A DNA stretch of 63,061 nt, from NCBI GenBank assembly GCA_964445905.1, contig CAYUNN010000007.1:1-63061 (forward strand), read 5' to 3'. The translations under genes and the position numbers were made by a program. Within the stretch, counting starts at the first letter, position 1, and each line of letters begins with the position of its first letter. The notes beneath the pieces are model-generated. The model searched no databases. It saw nothing but the letters and a program-made list of their open reading frames with translations, and was not told where the DNA came from. This DNA is from an uncultured Candidatus Saccharibacteria bacterium. Lineage in GTDB: Bacteria > Patescibacteriota > Minisyncoccia > Minisyncoccales > JAGGXC01. Shown here one piece after another: positions 45,107 to 53,533 of this stretch.

Positions 45107-47997
45107 TTTATAAATTCTAAATTATCTAATTCCGCATACTCTCCAAAACTCATTAAAAATTCTTGTCTTATAAGGATATTCTCAGGAATGGTTCTTGTGT
45201 CCCATATTTTAATTGGACCTTTTAATCCTTGATAATAAACAAATTCTCCAATTTCAATACCCCGAGACCTTAGATCGTTTATAATAAAATCTGATTCAAT
45301 GTGAGCAAGTTTAATTGTGGGGTATTTACCTAGAGGATCGTCCATTAAATAAAGATGAGCAAATAAACTATCTTTTACTTTTTCAGAAAGATAAACAACT
45401 GCCCCGGCTCTATCTATAGTAATTTCTCCACTAATATTTTGCTGAATAGAAGGCATTACTTGAATAAGAGAGTTTATTCCTATTTCGAAATCAAGTATTT
45501 CTCCATTTAAATAAAGATACCTTATAGGAATTCTGTATTGATTATTGTTTATAGAAAATACTCCTATTGGCCGGCTAAATGAATTTAATTCTTTCCTATT
45601 TGAAATTTCAAGTAATACTCCTTTAAGAATTGCTCTTTCTGAAGGCAATAAAAGAGAAACTCCATTTAAATCATAAATAATATCTTTATCAACGTAATTA
45701 CCTCCTATATAGGCTCTAATTTCTCCTGTATCAGTTTCTTGCGTCTGCCTTGCGTCTAAAGGTATCACAGAAATCATAGATAATCTGTCTTTTCTAGATT
45801 CGTCACTTCCGATGCCAGAAAAAGTAGGATACTTCTCAATATCGGTTGAATCAATTAACAAGTAAGAAATATTCATACTCTTTATTAAACTTAAAGCAGT
45901 TTCGGGAAAAGGAGTTGTCATCAAGTATCGCGCAGTTGTATGAACAAACCACTTATTTATATGCCTTCCATCGGTTACGGTTGGCCTTTCGCCAAGTGTT
46001 TGAATCCAATAACCATAATCCCACCAATGAACAAATATACTCCCCTGGGGAGTTTTTGTTCTTACAAAATTCATTGCTTTTTGCCACTGGTAATCGTAAT
46101 CAGATGGAACCATATTTTTTGCTCCATGAACCGTTGAATAAGAAAAGTAAATAAAAACATGTGCCGTAGCAAAAAGAATAACAGCAAAAATAAAAATAAT
46201 TAATGTTCTAATCATTTTTCCCTTTATATTCAAACATTCGCTAAATCTTAAAATTAAATAAGTAGAGACAATAATAAAAATTGGAGAAATTATAAAGAAT
46301 AATCTTACAGCGCCTCTCATTGAAACAGTTGCCCAAAAAGACAATGCAAGGAGAACCAAATAAGAAATATCTATTTTTTTAAAACACTCAATCGTTTTAA
46401 GATCTTTTTTAAAATGTGCTCTTGAGAAAAACCAAATCAAAATACCTAAGAATATAGCTAACCCTCCAAAATAAAGAATTCTTGAAAGAAAATTCTCTCC
46501 ATTTAAAGTGTGTTGTGGAGAAATTCTAGAAAAAATAAGACTTGATAGAAATAAGATAAATGAAAAATTTAAAATAATTTTTTTCTTTAAATTAAAATGC
46601 TTTATTGCGCTATAAAATAATGCAATTGCACCAAAATAAAACAACCAAAATAAATACCCAAAACTTCTAAAAACTTCTGTAAAATAAGGGGCTCTATTTT
46701 CAGTAATAGTTAGCGCTATCCTCTCTCTCCCAAAAGGATAAAGCAATCCTTCAATTATTTTAAGCAATGAATTAAACAACAAAGAAGGGTTTAGAATTAT
46801 AAGAGTTATAGTAATAATCAAGGTAGAAACAATTACTAAAATAATGTTTTTTGGAAAGTTTATTCTATTAATTTTTATTTTTTTATACAATCTAGTATTA
46901 AAGAGAAAATAACTAATAATCATAAAAAACAAGACGCCCACAGCAAAACCGCTATCGCTTAAACTTGTAATAACTGTTTCAATTTTTCCAGTTTTAAAAA
47001 TTTCAAAAATAATAGCAGGGATTAAAAAAGATAAATAAATAATTAAATTTTTATTTCTGTCTCTTTCAAAAATAAACACAATAAAGGCGACTAATGCAAC
47101 AGTCATAAATATATATTTATACCCACCCCACGTTAAACTCATGGCTCCTGTAAAAATTCCCGAAATCATTCCAAATAAAACCCATTTTCTTTTTTTAATT
47201 TCTTTCCATGCCAAAACAAAGAAAATGAGTGCTGGCCAAAAAAATACCATTCCTAAACTTTCTAATTCTGGAATTCCAGCAATTGTTCTGTAGAGCATAG
47301 AGGGTGCAAATGAGTAAAAAAATGAAGCAATGGTCGCACCAGTTAAAGATTTTTTTATTGAAAACTTAAATGAAAAAATAAAATATACAAAAAGAAAAAA
47401 TCCGATAATAGACATTAAAAAGAAAATAACTGGCGCAATAATTGCTGCATAGGTCACAGAAAACTCTCCAAACAAATTAATAATCTTATAAATGCCAAAA
47501 ATAGACCAGGGCATAAGATTTCTATATACGTATTGATTAAATGCACCAAGGGGAGCCTGTCTAAATAAATCAATTCTGTTAATGCTCCCCCTGCTTATCT
47601 CAATTGCATTTCTTAAAAATAAATAAGGATCTAAATCTGGCCCAAGTATCCAGTCATTTGTTGTAATATCTTTCAATCCACCCATGTTTGATATTCTTAC
47701 AATGACTGTTATGAATAACAACCAAACAATTAACGGAAGGAACATTAGTTTATATTTTTCAAAATAAGCCAAAATTCCAGACAATAAAAACATTAGCCCC
47801 AAGAAAAACCACCAAAAAAAAGAAAATATACCTAAAACATCTTCAAAAAAAACACTCCCAAAAAAGAAATTAATATATCTAAATAAGCTTATGACTAGAA
47901 CAAAAAAACCTAATAAACAAAATACAAAGACATAATTATTCTTTAAAATAATCTCTTTGAAGCAATCTTTTATTTTTTTCTCTTTTTTAACAACCAC
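45103..47997 (-). CDS. STT3/AglB/PglB-family oligosaccharyltransferase (964 aa)
   Basis: Multi-TM N-terminal domain with a first-loop DLDPYLFLR (cf. STT3 DPYFNYR) and AGIPELE. WWDYGYW is encoded at 46007-46027. YLLIDSTDIEKY lies ~60 aa later (DK motif; cf. YVLV..DDINKF). Confidence 0.85.
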   Translation of the reverse strand: MVVKKEKKIKDCFKEIILKNNYVFVFCLLGFFVLVISLFRYINFFFGSVFFEDVLGIFSFFWWFFLGLMFLLSGILAYFEKYKLMFLPLIVWLLFITVIVRISNMGGLKDITTNDWILGPDLDPYLFLRNAIEISRGSINRIDLFRQAPLGAFNQYVYRNLMPWSIFGIYKIINLFGEFSVTYAAIIAPVIFFLMSIIGFFLFVYFIFSFKFSIKKSLTGATIASFFYSFAPSMLYRTIAGIPELESLGMVFFWPALIFFVLAWKEIKKRKWVLFGMISGIFTGAMSLTWGGYKYIFMTVALVAFIVFIFERDRNKNLIIYLSFLIPAIIFEIFKTGKIETVITSLSDSGFAVGVLFFMIISYFLFNTRLYKKIKINRINFPKNIILVIVSTLIITITLIILNPSLLFNSLLKIIEGLLYPFGRERIALTITENRAPYFTEVFRSFGYLFWLFYFGAIALFYSAIKHFNLKKKIILNFSFILFLSSLIFSRISPQHTLNGENFLSRILYFGGLAIFLGILIWFFSRAHFKKDLKTIECFKKIDISYLVLLALSFWATVSMRGAVRLFFIISPIFIIVSTYLILRFSECLNIKGKMIRTLIIFIFAVILFATAHVFIYFSYSTVHGAKNMVPSDYDYQWQKAMNFVRTKTPQGSIFVHWWDYGYWIQTLGERPTVTDGRHINKWFVHTTARYLMTTPFPETALSLIKSMNISYLLIDSTDIEKYPTFSGIGSDESRKDRLSMISVIPLDARQTQETDTGEIRAYIGGNYVDKDIIYDLNGVSLLLPSERAILKGVLLEISNRKELNSFSRPIGVFSINNNQYRIPIRYLYLNGEILDFEIGINSLIQVMPSIQQNISGEITIDRAGAVVYLSEKVKDSLFAHLYLMDDPLGKYPTIKLAHIESDFIINDLRSRGIEIGEFVYYQGLKGPIKIWDTRTIPENILIRQEFLMSFGEYAELDNLEFIK

Positions 47998-48034
47998 AAT
48001 AAAATAAATTTATTTAAAAAGTTTTAATTTAATT

Positions 48035-49042
48035 TTAATCAATCATAAAAAACCCTATTAAAATAAATAAAATCTGAATTGTAAATATAAAATAAACAAC
48101 ATCTTTTTCGTAAACTTTTTTCTTGAATTTTTCTAAAAACCATATTGAAAAATGAGTTATTCCATAAATCTTTTTATATGGTTTTTTCAAACTTCCATCT
48201 TTTTGAGGAATTCCAAAAGATTGTTTTTTTAATCTTCCTCTTAATTTTAAAATCATTTCAAAAAAATAAGGAATAAAAATAACTAGTGCAATTTTTCCAA
48301 AATCTCCTAAAATAGCCATCCCAGCTATTAGAGCTCCAATTGAGTAAGTTAAAATATCTCCCGGAAAAACCTTTGCGGGAAATTTATTATAAAAATAAAA
48401 TACAATTAATGAAGAAACCATGATCAATCCAATTAAGGCTAGCCACGTACTTCCAGTCACATAAGAAACATAACTTAAAAAAACCAAAATCAAGATTCCT
48501 TGTCCAGATTCCAATCCATTAAATCCAGCTAAAAAATTATAAGTTATGGCTACACCCGCAACGCCTAAAGGGATTAAAACTAACGGGAAAAACAATCCAA
48601 GATCAACTAATCCTAAAAAAGGCACGTCTACAAAATTATTTCCTAAATTTATTATAATTAATGGAATAGAAGCAATTAAACTTAAAAAAATCCTTGTTTT
48701 TTTCGAAAGATTTTTATTTTTCCATTCCAATAAATCATCTAACAAGCCAATAATTGACAAGTTGAAAATTACAAATAATAATGCAAGCGATTGAATGATA
48801 ACTAACCAGTTATTTTCAAAAAAAAGTATTTGAATTGTAATATAAGACAAAACACCCAAAATAAAACCAGCCATAACAACCACTCCACCTGAAGGTGCAA
48901 TATTCTTATGTTTCCCAATGGGATATTTATTCATATCGCTCCAGACCAATCCAATACTTCTGCACTTTTTAATCCACCAGGGCAATGCAATTAGACAAAA
49001 AAGAAAACTCACTATCACAATTAAGAATAATAACGGATTCAT
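48035..49042 (-). CDS. Polyprenyl-phosphate GlcNAc-1-phosphate transferase, Alg7/AglH-like (glycosyltransferase family 4)
   Basis: ~10 TM helices. GLLDDL Asp-Asp motif. NFLAGFNGLESGQG matches the eukaryotic/archaeal GPT form (N.LAG.NGLE.GQ) rather than the bacterial MraY/WecA form. Confidence 0.78.
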   Translation of the reverse strand: MNPLLFLIVIVSFLFCLIALPWWIKKCRSIGLVWSDMNKYPIGKHKNIAPSGGVVVMAGFILGVLSYITIQILFFENNWLVIIQSLALLFVIFNLSIIGLLDDLLEWKNKNLSKKTRIFLSLIASIPLIIINLGNNFVDVPFLGLVDLGLFFPLVLIPLGVAGVAITYNFLAGFNGLESGQGILILVFLSYVSYVTGSTWLALIGLIMVSSLIVFYFYNKFPAKVFPGDILTYSIGALIAGMAILGDFGKIALVIFIPYFFEMILKLRGRLKKQSFGIPQKDGSLKKPYKKIYGITHFSIWFLEKFKKKVYEKDVVYFIFTIQILFILIGFFMID

Positions 49043-49144
49043 ATTATTTTAACATTAAAATTTTTAAATCTTTTAGCTGTCTTTTTATATATCCTCCAAC
49101 ATTAATTTTGTCTTAATCAGTTAATGTTTCCTTATTCTACTAAA

Positions 49145-49170
49145 ATACCGCCTTCAAAATAAGGCGGTAT
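49145..49170 (-). terminator. Intrinsic terminator downstream of tRNA-Asp
   Basis: 8-bp stem ataccgcc/ggcggtat with a 10-nt loop, followed by a U-run on the minus strand. Confidence 0.65.
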
Positions 49171-49185
49171 TATCCACAACTGATG

Positions 49186-49259
49186 CGGGGACGACCGGAC
49201 TCGAACCGGCGATCTCCTCTGTGACAGAGAGGTGTGTTATCCAGCTACACCACGCCCCC
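49186..49259 (-). tRNA. tRNA-Asp (GUC)
   Basis: 74-nt cloverleaf: acceptor GGGGGCG/CGTCCCC, D stem GTGT/ACAC, anticodon stem CCTCT/AGAGG with loop CTGTCAC, T arm GCCGG-TTCGAGT-CCGGT. Confidence 0.88.
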
Positions 49260-49919
49260 ATGAATTTTAATAAAATCATCAAAAACCTTTTTCTTTCTTT
49301 TCATGTATAAATAATTAGAAAGATTATCATATAAAAAATGATAAATTTTAAGAGCACTAAACGTACTATAGTGCAATCTATAGGCTCTGTCAAGATATTT
49401 TATGGAAGCACTAACTTCTAAAATATCTTGGAGTTTATCTCTTAACTCCTTTAATAAGTTTTTACTCCCTGAAGTAAATCCTAAGATAAGGACGGGGTAA
49501 GGAGAAGGACGATCATTTTTATGAGAATAACCTTTCCAAATATTTCCATCTCCATCAAAATATCCTCTAGTAAAATCAGAAAGATATTCTAAAGGAATAC
49601 GGGGCAACGTTACTTCTTTACTTTTGTTGGGAATCATTCCTAGATTTAAAAGATCTCTAAACATTTCCTTGCTACCAATTTGAAATCTATAGATTGTACT
49701 CCAATTATCCTTTCTCTTTCTTACTGTTATTTTGTGATTTGAATTCATTACATTCCTTATATTTTTTAAAAGTTCGTAATCGGTATTATGAAAATCAATA
49801 TATTTCGAAGATCTTGGATTTTCAAATATGCATCCGTCTGCCAGAAAAAAACCTAAGACATAAGCCATTTCTCTAGACCAACTCTTAAAAAAATCTTCGT
49901 TTTTATTCCTAACTATCAT
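49245..49919 (-). CDS. LAGLIDADG homing endonuclease (double-motif, free-standing)
   Basis: Two LAGLIDADG motifs, LGFFLADGC and RGYFDGDGN, about 100 aa apart. 224 aa. The last 15 nt, including the stop codon, lie inside tRNA-Asp. Confidence 0.85.
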   Translation of the reverse strand: MIVRNKNEDFFKSWSREMAYVLGFFLADGCIFENPRSSKYIDFHNTDYELLKNIRNVMNSNHKITVRKRKDNWSTIYRFQIGSKEMFRDLLNLGMIPNKSKEVTLPRIPLEYLSDFTRGYFDGDGNIWKGYSHKNDRPSPYPVLILGFTSGSKNLLKELRDKLQDILEVSASIKYLDRAYRLHYSTFSALKIYHFLYDNLSNYLYMKRKKKVFDDFIKIHGGVV

Positions 49920-49977
49920 TGCTCAAAAAAGAATAAAATCTGATTATATTTCTCTCTTAATCACAAAAACAACAAAA

Positions 49978-50048
49978 TGCCGGGGGCAGGAATCGAACCT
50001 ACGTTAACCGCTTATGAGACGGCTTTAGATGCCAATCTACTCCCCGGC
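49978..50048 (-). tRNA. tRNA-Met-type (CAU; elongator Met or Ile2)
   Basis: Acceptor GCCGGGG/CCCCGGC, anticodon loop CTCATAA, T arm GTAGG-TTCGATT-CCTGC, short D arm. 71 nt. Confidence 0.75.
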
Positions 50049-50078
50049 AAATTACCAGGTTCGAAAATTTTAATCTTG

Positions 50079-50149
50079 TTGCGGGGGCCGGAATTGCACC
50101 GGCGTCTTCAGCTTATGGGACTGACGAGGTACTACTCCTCCACCCCGCG
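50079..50149 (-). tRNA. tRNA (CAU) with a C1-A72 mismatch, possible initiator tRNA-fMet
   Basis: Cloverleaf CGCGGGG-TG-GAGG-AGTAGTA-CCTC-G-TCAGT-CCCATAA-GCTGA-AGAC-GCCGG-TGCAATT-CCGGC-CCCCGCA-A. Confidence 0.65.
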
Positions 50150-50193
50150 TCAATACAAACAATAATAACAAAAAACAAAATTAAATCAAGAGT

Positions 50194-50730
50194 TTAAAAA
50201 GCTTCTAGATTATCAAGTGTTTTTTTATAAACTTCCATTATCTTTTTGGCATCTTCAGAGCTTAATCTGTAATCGGGATCGCGGACTATATCTCCTCTCA
50301 CCTTGTGAGCCTTTTTTATTTCCTCAATATTAGAAATCTGGCTTACCGATACCTTGTTTAACATGTCCTCAAAGTCAGTGCCCTTATAACCCATCCTTTT
50401 CAATACTTCGTCTGTCAGCCCGTCTGCTTCAATAACAGCCAACTTGTACTCTGATTCCAGTCCTGTGTCTAGCCTTTTAGCAATATCTTTCCAGATAGAA
50501 CCAATACTTTTGCTTCCGTAAGGCTGTTTTGATAAAAATTCATGAGTCCTCTCTCCAAAAGCATATTGAAGCCAATGAGTATTTCTAAGAAAATATATAA
50601 TACTCACCAGAAAAAACAAAGAAACACCAATAAATGCTAATTTCAAAACAAAGAAAGTTGTTTCAAAGGGAGGATCGATCAAAAAAGAAAACATTTCTGA
50701 GGGATTAAAATTTATGTTACTTTCAAACAT
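50194..50730 (-). CDS. Hypothetical membrane-anchored protein
   Basis: 178-aa ORF with one TM helix, 2 nt downstream of gatA. Confidence 0.5.
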   Translation of the reverse strand: MFESNINFNPSEMFSFLIDPPFETTFFVLKLAFIGVSLFFLVSIIYFLRNTHWLQYAFGERTHEFLSKQPYGSKSIGSIWKDIAKRLDTGLESEYKLAVIEADGLTDEVLKRMGYKGTDFEDMLNKVSVSQISNIEEIKKAHKVRGDIVRDPDYRLSSEDAKKIMEVYKKTLDNLEAF

Positions 50731-50731
50731 A

Positions 50732-52156
50732 TTATTTATTTATTTTCTCAAAAATTTTACCTAATTTCAAAAGTTTTTTGTCCTCAAAAGCATTACCAAT
50801 AATTTGAAGCCCTATAGGTAAATCTCCTTTCTTTCCGCAAGGCAAAGATATTGCAGGCAATCCTGCTAGATTTACTGCTGACACTAAAATGTCAGAAAGG
50901 TACATAGATAATGGATCAGAAATCTTTTCTCCAATTTTAAAAGCAACCGTAGGAGTAGTAGGAGTTATTATAAAGTCAACTTTATTAAAAACATCTCTAA
51001 AATCTTTCCTAATTAAAGTCCTTACTTTCTGAGCTCTAAGATAATAAGCCTCATAATAACCGGAAGACAATGAATAGGTACCAAGCATTATTCTCCTGAT
51101 CACCTCTCCGCCAAAACCTTTTTTCCTGGAAAAAGAATATACCTCTTTCAAGGTTTTTGCTTCCTTGTCGGAAAAACCATACTTTATTCCATCATAACGA
51201 GCTAAATTAGACGAAGCTTCCGAGGGCATAATAATATAATAGGTTGCAAGAGCATGGTCGGTACAATGAGGCAATGAAACTTCTTCTATTTCTGCTCCTT
51301 CTTTTTCAAACTTGCTTATTGCCTCTTTAACTTTTTTCTCAACCTCTTTGTCGATTCCTTCAACAAAATACTCTTTTGGAATACCGATTCTCGCTCCTTT
51401 CATGTCAAAATCTTTATTTTCTTCTTTCAATTCTACACTAGTAGAATCTTTGCTATCTTTCCCTTTAATTATATCAAAAACAATCTCTGCATCACCTGAT
51501 GTCTTAGCCAAAATTCCAACCTGATCAAGAGATGAAGCCATAGCAATCAATCCATAACGAGAAACCGAGCCATAGGTCGGTTTGAGACCAACTATTCCGC
51601 AAAAGCTAGCGGGCTGGCGGATAGATCCTCCTGTATCAGAGCCAAGCGAAAAACTAGCCAACCCTGCCGCAACCGAAGCAGCTGAGCCTCCGGAAGATCC
51701 TCCCGGAACTCTTTCTAAATCACAAGGATTATGAGTAACTCCAAATGCAGAAAATTCAGTCGAAGACCCCATAGCAAATTCATCAAGATTAGTCTTCCCT
51801 AAAATTAAAGCGTTTTCTGCCAACAGTTTTTTTATTACCGTGGCGTTATAGGGAGCAAAATAATTTTCCAAGATCTTTGAACCGGCAGTACACTTCATTC
51901 CTTCAACTAAAATAATATCTTTTACCGAAAAAGGAATGCCTGTCAGCAAGGAAATCTCTTCTCCGCCAGAAATCAACCTATCTACCCTTTTAGCATCAGC
52001 TAAAGCTCCTTCTCTATTCAAACTTAAATAAGAAAATATCTTAGAATTTTCAGTTTCTATTTTATCAAAAAAAGACCTAACCACCTCTTCAGTAGAAAAC
52101 TTTTTACCCACTAATCCTTGATTTATCTCTTTGATTGTTAAATCAGAAAAACTCAT
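50732..52156 (-). CDS. gatA: Glutamyl-tRNA(Gln) amidotransferase subunit A
   Basis: Amidase signature GGSSGGSAASVAAG and SDTGGSIRQPASFCG. Confidence 0.93.
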   Translation of the reverse strand: MSFSDLTIKEINQGLVGKKFSTEEVVRSFFDKIETENSKIFSYLSLNREGALADAKRVDRLISGGEEISLLTGIPFSVKDIILVEGMKCTAGSKILENYFAPYNATVIKKLLAENALILGKTNLDEFAMGSSTEFSAFGVTHNPCDLERVPGGSSGGSAASVAAGLASFSLGSDTGGSIRQPASFCGIVGLKPTYGSVSRYGLIAMASSLDQVGILAKTSGDAEIVFDIIKGKDSKDSTSVELKEENKDFDMKGARIGIPKEYFVEGIDKEVEKKVKEAISKFEKEGAEIEEVSLPHCTDHALATYYIIMPSEASSNLARYDGIKYGFSDKEAKTLKEVYSFSRKKGFGGEVIRRIMLGTYSLSSGYYEAYYLRAQKVRTLIRKDFRDVFNKVDFIITPTTPTVAFKIGEKISDPLSMYLSDILVSAVNLAGLPAISLPCGKKGDLPIGLQIIGNAFEDKKLLKLGKIFEKINK

Positions 52157-52158
52157 AA

Positions 52159-52446
52159 TTAAAATATTGTTTTCACTTTAACATAACCTCTTTTTAAAGC
52201 AGGTGCCAATCCTCTTAACTTTTCTACTAAAACAGACGATGACCCTTGAGCGATATCTTCTCTCATTACATTATTAGCTTCAAAAGGATGACTAGTCGGT
52301 TCAACCTGTTTTGTATTTAGTCTTTTAAGCTTTTCGATATAATCTAAAATAGAGGAAAGTTCTCCCGCGAATCTTTCCTCTTCTTCTTTAGACAATTGAA
52401 GTCGAGCTAGCTCGGCAACATGTTTTACTTCTTTTTTGTCAACCAT
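52159..52446 (-). CDS. gatC: Glutamyl-tRNA(Gln) amidotransferase subunit C
   Basis: 95 aa with VKHVAELARLQLSKEE, directly upstream of gatA. Confidence 0.85.
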   Translation of the reverse strand: MVDKKEVKHVAELARLQLSKEEEERFAGELSSILDYIEKLKRLNTKQVEPTSHPFEANNVMREDIAQGSSSVLVEKLRGLAPALKRGYVKVKTIF

Positions 52447-52452
52447 AATTAA

Positions 52453-53532
52453 TTATTTGGGAGGTTCAAAAGAAGAAGTTTCAGCGAGAACCTCTCTTAA
52501 TTCGTCAATGTTTTCTAAAACAATACCTGCTCCTCTAACTACAGCCGTTAAAGGGTCGTCAATGATATTGATTTTAATCTTAGTCCTTTTATTAATCAAA
52601 GTATCTAATCCTTTCAATAAAGCTCCTCCGCCGGCAAGACAAAGCCCTCGAGACATGATGTCTGATAAAAGCTCTGGAGGAGTTTCTTCAATGGTAGTTT
52701 TAATTGAATCAACAATTTCATTTACTGATTTTGACATCGCTTCTCTAATATCATCGTCGCTAACAACAATTTCTTCAGGAAGGCCGGTAATTAAATTCCT
52801 GCCTCTCATAGACATTTCTTTCTTCTGTTTCATTGGAAAAGCAGAACCAATAGCTATTTTAACTGCTTCAGCTGTTCTCTTCCCTACCAAAAGACGATTT
52901 TCTTCCTGAACAAAATTAATAATATCATCATCTAGTCGATCGCCGGCAATCCTTAAACTTTTTGAGGTGACTATTCCTCCAAGAGAAATAACCGCAACCT
53001 CAGTAGTGCCCCCTCCGATATCAACTATAAAATTACCGCCAGCATCCTGAACGGGAAGTCGAGCACCAATAGCTGCAGCCATTGGTTGTTCTATTAAATA
53101 AATTTCTCTTGCTCCTGCGCTTTTAGCCGCATCTTGAACCGCTTTTTTTTCTACCTCGGTTACCCCGCAAGGAATTCCAATAATTATTCTTGGCCTTAAA
53201 AATAAATTAAATCTTCCCTGATGAACTTTTTCAATAAAATATTTAAGCATTTGCTCGGTTACTTCAAAATCAGACACTACTCCTTCAACCAAGGGCCTGG
53301 TAGCAACAATATGAGCAGGAGTTCTTCCTACCATTTTCTTTGCTTCTTCTCCTATCGCCAATACCTGACCTGTCTTTTGATTAACGGCAACAACAGAGGG
53401 TTCAGAGATAACAATGCCCTCTCCTTTAACGTAAATCAAAGAATTAGCTGTTCCTAAGTCAACAGCTATATCTTTAGCAAACTTTTCTTGAAACTTGTTT
53501 AATATATTAAAGTGAAACTTCTTTCTGGTCAT
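52453..53532 (-). CDS. mreB: Rod shape-determining protein MreB
   Basis: IAVDLGTANSLIYV, DIGGGTTEVAVISLGG, LAGGGALLKGLD. Confidence 0.93.
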   Translation of the reverse strand: MTRKKFHFNILNKFQEKFAKDIAVDLGTANSLIYVKGEGIVISEPSVVAVNQKTGQVLAIGEEAKKMVGRTPAHIVATRPLVEGVVSDFEVTEQMLKYFIEKVHQGRFNLFLRPRIIIGIPCGVTEVEKKAVQDAAKSAGAREIYLIEQPMAAAIGARLPVQDAGGNFIVDIGGGTTEVAVISLGGIVTSKSLRIAGDRLDDDIINFVQEENRLLVGKRTAEAVKIAIGSAFPMKQKKEMSMRGRNLITGLPEEIVVSDDDIREAMSKSVNEIVDSIKTTIEETPPELLSDIMSRGLCLAGGGALLKGLDTLINKRTKIKINIIDDPLTAVVRGAGIVLENIDELREVLAETSSFEPPK

Positions 53533-53533
53533 G

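Larger units (their letters stand above)
43329..49200 (-). mobile_element. Direct-repeat-bounded 5.8-kb cassette at tRNA-Asp (pilin + N-glycosylation genes); candidate integrated island without an integrase
   Basis: 59-bp direct repeats (57/59) contain the tRNA-Asp 3' end plus its terminator. Spot-counted 60-nt lines in the interior look more AT-rich than housekeeping lines. Confidence 0.45.

Noticed and set aside
49977-50165. 62-aa plus-strand ORF
   Set aside because: It is entirely antisense to two tRNA(CAU) genes.
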